A stretch of DNA of 64,000 nt from Acidobacteriota bacterium (lineage in GTDB: Bacteria > Acidobacteriota > Thermoanaerobaculia > Gp7-AA8): the NCBI GenBank assembly GCA_019244185.1, contig JAFATB010000002.1, positions 64,001 through 128,000 of the forward strand. The letters run 5' to 3'. The notes under the pieces are model-generated. The model was not told the origin of the DNA. It was given only the letters and a program-made list of their open reading frames with translations, and ran no database searches. Below are positions 57,647-64,000 of the stretch, in pieces; position 1 is the stretch's first letter; the number at the start of each line of letters is the position of its first letter. Both the position numbers and the translations under genes were made by a program.

Positions 57647-58476
57647 GCGTCCGCTTCGAGCCGCTTGAGCAGCTCGCGCACGGCTTCGATCACTTCCGTC
57701 TTCTCGACGTTCGGCTTCTTGAACGCGAGATTGAGCGTGAACGGGAGCGATTTGTCCTTCAGCGCGAAGACGTAGTTCTTCGGACGCCCGGCTTTTTTCG
57801 GCTCCGGTTTCGCGGCCGTCTGCTTGCGCAGATCGTCGCGCGACAACTCCCCTGCCGCGAACGCGCGCACGACCTGCTCCATCGCTTCCTCGGAACCGGC
57901 GCGCGCGACCTGCACGAGGATGCTCTTGTTCGAGATGCCCGCCTCGCGGCACATCGCGCGGATGCGATCGGGAATGTCGTTGATGAGCAGCGTCTCGGTG
58001 ACCGTCGTGCGCGACTTGCCGATGACCTGCGAGATCTTCTCGTGCGTGTAGTCGAACTTCTGCTGCAGGATGGCGAGGCCTTCCGCTTCTTCGAACGGCG
58101 TCAGGTCCTTGCGCTGGATGTTCTCGATGAGCGCGATCTCGAGCTGCTCGCGATCGTCGACGTCGAGCTCGATGGCCGGAATCTCGTCGAGGCCCGCGAG
58201 CGTGGCGGCGCGGTAGCGGCGTTCGCCGGAGATGATCTGGTAGCGGTTCGGACCGATGAGGCGGACGAGGATCGGCTCGAGCACGCCTTTCTCGCGGACG
58301 CTCGCCGCGAGCTCTTCGATATTGCCGAGCTGCGTGCGCGGCTGTTCCGCGTTCGGCTCGATGAACTGCAGCGGCAGCATGGAGCCGATGTGGCGGCCGG
58401 AGCGGCGCGTGAGCTCCTCGACGTAATGCGAATCGTGGCGCATGACCGAGCGCTCGGGGAGTCCTCGTTTAGCCAT
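57643..58476 (-). CDS. parB: ParB/Spo0J family partition protein
   Basis: QPR, GVLEPILVR, GERRYRA, ENIQRKDL, HTH. Confidence 0.92.
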   Translation of the reverse strand: MAKRGLPERSVMRHDSHYVEELTRRSGRHIGSMLPLQFIEPNAEQPRTQLGNIEELAASVREKGVLEPILVRLIGPNRYQIISGERRYRAATLAGLDEIPAIELDVDDREQLEIALIENIQRKDLTPFEEAEGLAILQQKFDYTHEKISQVIGKSRTTVTETLLINDIPDRIRAMCREAGISNKSILVQVARAGSEEAMEQVVRAFAAGELSRDDLRKQTAAKPEPKKAGRPKNYVFALKDKSLPFTLNLAFKKPNVEKTEVIEAVRELLKRLEADA

Positions 58477-58492
58477 GGAAAACGCTCCGCGT

Positions 58493-58566
58493 TGAACGAT
58501 GAACGGTGAACGATGAACGATGCGATCGCTGAACGTCAGCGTTCGTCGTTCCGCGTTCATCGTTCG
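58493..58566. repeat. heptamer-based inverted repeat between parA and parB
   Basis: TGAACGA TGAACGG TGAACGA TGAACGA ... GCGTTCG TCGTTCC GCGTTCA TCGTTCG. Confidence 0.85.
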
Positions 58567-58583
58567 TGCTACGCAACAAAGGC

Positions 58584-59336
58584 CTAAACACGCGACAGCA
58601 ACTCCTCCGACAGCGAGTAGTACTCCATCGCGCCGCTCGATTTCGGCGCGAAGGTGAAGATCGATTCCTTGTACGCGGGACTCTCTTCGAGCCGGATCGA
58701 CTTCGTGATCACGGTGTTGAAGAGGCGGTCGCCGAAGACGTGGCCGATCTGATCGTGGATGTCTTTCGCGAGCGTCGTGCGCTTGTCGTGCATGGTGATG
58801 ACGACGCCGGCGAGTTGCAGATTCGGATTCGGCCGCGCCTTGATCTTCTCGATCGTCTCGAGCAGATCGTCGGTGCCTTCGAGCGCGAAATACGACGACT
58901 GGATCGGCACGAGGACGTGCGTCGACGCGACCAGCGCGTTGACGGTGATCATGCCGAGGGTGGGCGGCGTGTCGATGAAGATGTAGTCGTACTCGTTGAC
59001 GGTGTTCTTGAGACGGTCCTTCAGGCGGAACGGACCGTCGAGATCGCCGATCAGTTTCGACTCGAGCTTCGCGAGCGCGATGCGCGACGGCGCGAGAAAC
59101 AGGTTCGGAACGGGCGTCTCGATGATGACGTCGGGAAAGTCGAGCTCCTCGCTCACGAGCACGTCGTACATCGACTTCGTGACCGAGCGCGCGTCGACGT
59201 AGCTCATCGTCGAGTTGGCCTGCGGATCGAGGTCGATGAGGAGCGTTCGACCCTTGTTGGCACACGCCGCGGCGAGGTTGATCGTGGTGGTCGTCTTGCC
59301 GACGCCGCCTTTTTGGTTGGCAACGGTGATGATCAT
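58584..59336 (-). CDS. parA: ParA/Soj family ATPase
   Basis: NQKGGVGKTTT, DLDPQAN, IDTPP. Confidence 0.94.
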   Translation of the reverse strand: MIITVANQKGGVGKTTTTINLAAACANKGRTLLIDLDPQANSTMSYVDARSVTKSMYDVLVSEELDFPDVIIETPVPNLFLAPSRIALAKLESKLIGDLDGPFRLKDRLKNTVNEYDYIFIDTPPTLGMITVNALVASTHVLVPIQSSYFALEGTDDLLETIEKIKARPNPNLQLAGVVITMHDKRTTLAKDIHDQIGHVFGDRLFNTVITKSIRLEESPAYKESIFTFAPKSSGAMEYYSLSEELLSRV

Positions 59337-59364
59337 TGAACCGAAGGCGATTTTAGCAGCAGCG

Positions 59365-59853
59365 CTACATCTTGTACTTGCCGAGATCGTCCGGCTCGAG
59401 CGAGTCGAACCACTTCTTCATCTTCTCGCTCTGATCGTCGGAATCGGGGCTGATCGTCTGCGCCTGTTCGAGCACGGACTGCGCGACGTAGATCGGGGCC
59501 TCGACGCGCAGCGCGAGCGCGATGGCGTCGCTCGGACGCGCGTCGACTTCGAGCGTGCGGTCGCCGGTGATGATGCGGATCTGCGCGAAGAACGTCGAGT
59601 CGCGGAGGTCGTTGATGACGATGCGCGTCACGCGCGCGTCGAGCTGCGCGATCGTGTCGCGCAGGAGGTCGTGCGTCATCGGCCGCGGCGTGGCGATGTT
59701 CTCGAGCTGCAGCGCGATCGCGTTCGCCTCGAAGATGCCGACCCAGATCGGGAGAAAGAAACGGTCTTCCTCATCCTTGAGCACCACGATCGGCGAGTTC
59801 GAGACCGGATCGAGCATCAACCCCTTGATCGACATCGGAACGAGCTCGGTCAT
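59365..59853 (-). CDS. bifunctional nuclease family protein (DUF151)
   Basis: LPIWVG.FEA, RPMTHDL, DARPSDAIALA. Confidence 0.92.
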   Translation of the reverse strand: MTELVPMSIKGLMLDPVSNSPIVVLKDEEDRFFLPIWVGIFEANAIALQLENIATPRPMTHDLLRDTIAQLDARVTRIVINDLRDSTFFAQIRIITGDRTLEVDARPSDAIALALRVEAPIYVAQSVLEQAQTISPDSDDQSEKMKKWFDSLEPDDLGKYKM

Positions 59854-61148
59854 CGAACGGCCTCCCCGCGCAGCGTGTGGTGTTGTGCCGCATCGATACG
59901 CACGCCAAGGATACTCCCCAGCGGCGTGGCGGGGTCGCCGTGGAAATTCACGACCCAGAAGTCGTCCGTGCGTCCCGACAGCATCGACGCGTCGTTGCGG
60001 CTCGGACCTTCGACGAGCACCGGCACGACGCGGCCGCGATACGACGCGAGCCGCTCCCGCTTGTGCTCCTCGTGCAGGTCGAATAACCGCTGCAGGCGTT
60101 CCGATGCGATCGCATCGTCGAGCGGCGGACCGATGCGCACCGACGGCGTGCCGGGGCGCGGCGAATACTTGAACGCGAAGAGCGAGCCGTAACGCACCTC
60201 TTCGATGAGCGAGAGCGTCTCCTGAAAGTCCTCCTCGGTCTCGCCCGGGAAGCCGACGATGATGTCGGTCGAGAAGTGGATCTCCGGAATCGCGGCGCGG
60301 ATGCGGGCGATGGTCTCGAGATACTTCTCGCGCGTGTACAGCCGTTTCATGCGGCGCAGCACGCGTGACGAGCCCGATTGCACCGGCAGATGCAGGTAGC
60401 GCGAGATGTTCGCGTGGTCGCGCATCGCCGCGATCATCGAGTCGTTCACCTCGGCGGGATGCGAGGTCGTGAAGCGCAGCCGTGCGACTCCTTCGAGTTC
60501 CGCGGCCGCCGCGAGCAGCGCGCCGAAGTCGTTGCCGGTGATCGGGCAACGGTAGGCGTTGACGGTCTGGCCGAGGAGCTCGATCTCGACGCGACCGCTG
60601 TCGACGGCGGTGCGCACCTCGCGCAGCACGTCGTCAAACGGACGCGAGACCTCGCGGCCGCGCGTGGTCGGCACGATGCAGAACGTGCAGTTCTTGTTGC
60701 AGCCTTCGATGATCGTGACCCACGCCTTCGTCGGCGACGTGCGATCGATCGCGAACGCGTCGTATTTGCGATCTTCGGGAAACTCGACGGCGAGCCGCGT
60801 CCCGTGCTCGAGCACCTCGTCGAGATGGCCGACGTTGCCCGGTCCCATCACGAAGTCGACCCACGGCGCGCGTTCGAGGATGCGCTCCCCTTCCTGTTGC
60901 GCGACGCAGCCGCAGACGCCGATCTTCGCGCCGGTCTCGCGTTTCAGCTCACGCAGGCGGCCGAGGCGCGAGAAGACTTTCTGCTCCGCCTTGTCGCGCA
61001 CCGAGCACGTGTTGAGCAGGATGAGATTCGCCTGCGTTTCGTCGTCGACGCGCCGGTAGCCGCGCAGCTTGAGGTTGCCCGACAGCCGTTCGCTGTCGAG
61101 CTCGTTCATCTGACAGCCCCAGGTCTCGATGTAGTAGGTCTGGCTCAT
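59850..61148 (-). CDS. miaB: tRNA ms2i6A37 methylthiotransferase
   Basis: GCQMN..DSE, NTCSVR, GCNKNCTFC, DIIVGFPGE, TRAM domain. Confidence 0.96.
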   Translation of the reverse strand: MSQTYYIETWGCQMNELDSERLSGNLKLRGYRRVDDETQANLILLNTCSVRDKAEQKVFSRLGRLRELKRETGAKIGVCGCVAQQEGERILERAPWVDFVMGPGNVGHLDEVLEHGTRLAVEFPEDRKYDAFAIDRTSPTKAWVTIIEGCNKNCTFCIVPTTRGREVSRPFDDVLREVRTAVDSGRVEIELLGQTVNAYRCPITGNDFGALLAAAAELEGVARLRFTTSHPAEVNDSMIAAMRDHANISRYLHLPVQSGSSRVLRRMKRLYTREKYLETIARIRAAIPEIHFSTDIIVGFPGETEEDFQETLSLIEEVRYGSLFAFKYSPRPGTPSVRIGPPLDDAIASERLQRLFDLHEEHKRERLASYRGRVVPVLVEGPSRNDASMLSGRTDDFWVVNFHGDPATPLGSILGVRIDAAQHHTLRGEAVR

Positions 61149-61600
61149 TCGGGTTTCGCGGCGGCGAGCTCCGCGCGCGTGGCGTCGAGCTGCTTCTTCG
61201 TTTCCTCGAAGCGCCGCACGATCTCGGTGTCGCGCCGCTGCAGGTCGTTCTCGTCGTAGTAACTCTGTTCGATTTGCGAGAGCTGGATTTCGAGCTCCGT
61301 CACGCGCTTCTGGATCGCCTCGGCACGCGCGTCACCGGCAGCGCGCGCGCGGCGCGACGCTTCGAATTCTTCGGCCGACATTTGCGGCGGCAGCGGCTGG
61401 ACCGGCGGCAGCGATCCCGCGGGCCGCTCGATGAGCTTGCCCTTCGACTTCTTCACGTCGGCGTTCGTGATGACCTTCGTGCTGCTCTTCTTCCGCTGCT
61501 TGGCCTGCTTCGACGCCTCGACGAGTTTCGTCGTGTCGCTCGTCTGCGCAATGACAAGCGCGGCGTTCGACAGCAGCAGAAGGAGCGCGAGAGCTTTCAT
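61145..61600 (-). CDS. hypothetical secreted coiled-coil protein
   Basis: signal peptide, KVITNADV motif, heptad C-terminus; coupled to neighbours. Confidence 0.7.
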   Translation of the reverse strand: MKALALLLLLSNAALVIAQTSDTTKLVEASKQAKQRKKSSTKVITNADVKKSKGKLIERPAGSLPPVQPLPPQMSAEEFEASRRARAAGDARAEAIQKRVTELEIQLSQIEQSYYDENDLQRRDTEIVRRFEETKKQLDATRAELAAAKPE

Positions 61601-61974
61601 ACGCGGCCGTAGCGGTCTTCGAGGCGCACGACGTCATCGAGCTCCGGCGTCGACACCTCGGCCACATCGGTATCGGCGAGCGCTTCCATCCGGTGGATGA
61701 GGCGCGGCGGAATGTGGAACGACTCCCCCTTCCGCAGCATCAACTCGCGCCGGTCGCCGTCGTGCTCGATGGTCAGCCGCAGCTCGCCGTCGACAACGTA
61801 CAGCGTCTCTTCTTTCATTTCGTGGTACTGGAGGCTCAGCGATTCGCCGCGGTTGATGTGGAGGATCTTGCCGACGTACTTGTCCGTCTTCGCGAAGATC
61901 AGCTCGTAGCCCCACGGCTTCGCGACGTGCGTGATGTGATGGATCTCGAAGAGCTGTTCGTACTCGGGCGTCAT
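61597..61974 (-). CDS. cupin domain protein (mannose-6-phosphate isomerase type II C-terminal-like)
   Basis: KPWG.E, LSLQYH, HRM, DDVVRLEDRYGR. Confidence 0.85.
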   Translation of the reverse strand: MTPEYEQLFEIHHITHVAKPWGYELIFAKTDKYVGKILHINRGESLSLQYHEMKEETLYVVDGELRLTIEHDGDRRELMLRKGESFHIPPRLIHRMEALADTDVAEVSTPELDDVVRLEDRYGRV

Positions 61975-63755
61975 AGGGATTTGCTCGCCAGTCCTTCCGG
62001 AAAACGCATGGCCACGCTTTCGATGATGTACTCCTCGATCTCCTGCGCGGTCTTCTTCTGCAGCGCGCTCTCCGCGATGCGCTTGCAATCTTTGTAGCGC
62101 ACCGAGCGCACGACGTTCTTCAGCACGGGGATCGACGACGGGTTCATGGAGAAGATCTCCAGGCCGAGGCCGAGGAGCACGATCGCGTAGATCGGGTCGG
62201 AGGCCATCTCGCCGCACATCGAGACCGGGATGCCGGCGCGCTTGCCGGCGTCGATCACGCCTTTGATCAGCCGCAGCAGCGCGGGATGCAGCGGCTCGTA
62301 GAGATAGCTCACGTTCTCGTTGCCGCGGTCGATCGCGAGCGAGTACTGAATGAGGTCGTTCGTGCCGATCGCGAAAAAGTCCGCTTCCGTCGCGAGGAGG
62401 TCCGCGATCACGGCGGCGGACGGCACCTCGATCATGATGCCGATCTGCAGCTCGCGGTTGTACGGGATGCCCTCGGCGTCGAGCTCGAGACGGATCTCGC
62501 GCACGAGCGTCTTCACCTGACGCAGTTCCTGCACGCCGGAGACGAGCGGGAACATGATCTTGATCTTGCCGAACGCGGACGCGCGCAGCAGCGCGCGCAA
62601 CTGCGTCTTGAACATGTCGCGGTGCTGCATGCAGAGGCGCAGCGCGCGCAGGCCGAGGACGGGATTGTCTTCCTTCGAGCCCATCACCTCGCGCGCGAGC
62701 TTCTTGCCGCCGAGGTCGAACGTACGAATGACGCACCAGTTCGGCGCCGTGCCTTCGGCGAGCTTGCGATAGATGTTGAAGTGCTCTTCTTCCGTCGGCA
62801 GATCGGGACTGGTCGAGATGTAGAGGAACTCGGAGCGATAGAGGCCGATGCCTTCCGCGCCGAACTTCACCGCGTCGCCGACTTCCTCGATGAGCTCGAT
62901 GTTCGCCTGCAGTGAGACGCGATGGTTGTCCTTCGTCATCGCCGCGAGCTCGCGGTTCGTGAGGAGCTTCTGCTCGGCTTCCTCGTGACGCGAGACGCGG
63001 CTGCGGTACTCGGCGATCATCGCCTGCGTCGGGTTGATGAGGATCGTGCCCTCGTAGCCGTCGACGATCACGAGCTCGTCGTTGTCGACGATCTTCGTGA
63101 GGCGCGGCACGCCGATGACCGCGGGCATGAACAGCGACTTCGCGATGATCGACGTATGCGAGGTGCGTCCGCCGACTTCCGTCGCGAAGCCGACGATGGG
63201 GCGGCGGTTGAAGTGAATCGTGTCGGACGGCGTGAGGTCGTCGGCGATGATGATGACGTCGTGCGCGATCTCGGACAGATCGTGATGCGCGACGCCCTGC
63301 AGGTTGACGAGCACGCGCTCGGCGACGTCCTTCACGTCCGCCACGCGCTCGCGCAGGTAGTCGTCGTCGAAGCTGGCGAAGCGCGCCTGCAGCTCTTCCT
63401 GTACTTCCGCGAGCGCCCACTCCGCGTTGACTTGCTCGTTCTCGATCTTCTGCGCGACTTTGTCGGCGAACGATGCGTCGCCGACGATCATCGCGTGCGC
63501 CTCGAAGATCTGCGCGTACTCGTCGCCCATCGAGCGGCTGACTTTTGCCTTCAGCTCCAGGAGCTCGTCGCGCGTTTTCTCGAGCGACTCGAGGAAGCGC
63601 GTGACCTCGGCGGCCACTTCCTCGTCGCGGATCGGCACGCGGTACACCGACGCGACGCGCTTCTCGACGATGACGGCGCGGCCGATGGCGATGCCGGGCG
63701 ACACGCCGACGCCTTTGTAGGTCCGAATGTCGCTGCGGGTCTGAGCGGCCGGCAT
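61971..63755 (-). CDS. ptsI: PTS enzyme I
   Basis: GGRTSHTSI, GIGLYRSEF, RTFDLGG, IGTNDLIQY, CGEMA. Confidence 0.95.
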   Translation of the reverse strand: MPAAQTRSDIRTYKGVGVSPGIAIGRAVIVEKRVASVYRVPIRDEEVAAEVTRFLESLEKTRDELLELKAKVSRSMGDEYAQIFEAHAMIVGDASFADKVAQKIENEQVNAEWALAEVQEELQARFASFDDDYLRERVADVKDVAERVLVNLQGVAHHDLSEIAHDVIIIADDLTPSDTIHFNRRPIVGFATEVGGRTSHTSIIAKSLFMPAVIGVPRLTKIVDNDELVIVDGYEGTILINPTQAMIAEYRSRVSRHEEAEQKLLTNRELAAMTKDNHRVSLQANIELIEEVGDAVKFGAEGIGLYRSEFLYISTSPDLPTEEEHFNIYRKLAEGTAPNWCVIRTFDLGGKKLAREVMGSKEDNPVLGLRALRLCMQHRDMFKTQLRALLRASAFGKIKIMFPLVSGVQELRQVKTLVREIRLELDAEGIPYNRELQIGIMIEVPSAAVIADLLATEADFFAIGTNDLIQYSLAIDRGNENVSYLYEPLHPALLRLIKGVIDAGKRAGIPVSMCGEMASDPIYAIVLLGLGLEIFSMNPSSIPVLKNVVRSVRYKDCKRIAESALQKKTAQEIEEYIIESVAMRFPEGLASKSL

Positions 63756-63759
63756 CAAG

Positions 63760-64000
63760 TCATTCTACTTCGTCGAACTTGGCCTCGATGAGCTTCTCGA
63801 TGTCGTCGAGCGCCTGGCGTTCGTCCTCGCCGTCGGCGCGCAGCGTGATGACGGAGCCGCGGCCGGCGGCGAGCAGCAGGATGCCGAGGATCGACTTGCC
63901 GTCGACTTCCTCGTCGCCCTTGCGGATCTTGATGTCGGACTTGAAGCGCGCGGCGGTGTGCACGAGCTTCGCCGCGGCGCGCGCGTGCAGTCCGAGCTTG
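63760..64000 (-). CDS. ptsH: phosphocarrier HPr (5' end beyond window)
   Basis: KLGLHARAAAKLV, VDGKSILGIL. Confidence 0.93.
   Translation of the reverse strand, partial: KLGLHARAAAKLVHTAARFKSDIKIRKGDEEVDGKSILGILLLAAGRGSVITLRADGEDERQALDDIEKLIEAKFDEVE

Overview
High-GC bacterial chromosomal segment made almost entirely of core housekeeping genes. The gene content (fused LptF/LptG, SpoIVB-S55 plus beta-propeller pair, vWA-like secreted protein) suggests Acidobacteriota, probably Thermoanaerobaculia-like; this is inference. It holds uvrC, RNase P RNA, recG, trpS-scpAB-rluB-cmk-rpsA-sppA-ihfB, lpxB-msbA-DUF374-yicC-gmk-rpoZ-coaBC-udg-priA, accA, a peptide ABC transporter, coaD, ispB, yajQ, lolA, kdsD, panE, pckA, a ParE-type toxin-antitoxin pair, lptFG, a metB-hom cassette, parAB, miaB and ptsI/ptsH. 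No IS, prophage, CRISPR, rRNA or tRNA was seen. The most interesting signals are non-coding or recoding. (1) An unannotated 24-aa leader peptide with three consecutive Met codons sits behind a near-consensus sigma70 promoter and ahead of an SD-sequestering leader of metB-hom, a candidate methionine-sensing ribosome-mediated attenuator. (2) The DUF374/LpxJ-type lipid A acyltransferase gene is split by a -1 frame change at an A10 run with an in-phase A_AAA_AAC slippery site. (3) Three intergenic hairpins are built from 7-nt repeats. (4) Leaderless gene starts are widespread. (5) IHF-beta has an acidic N-terminal extension.
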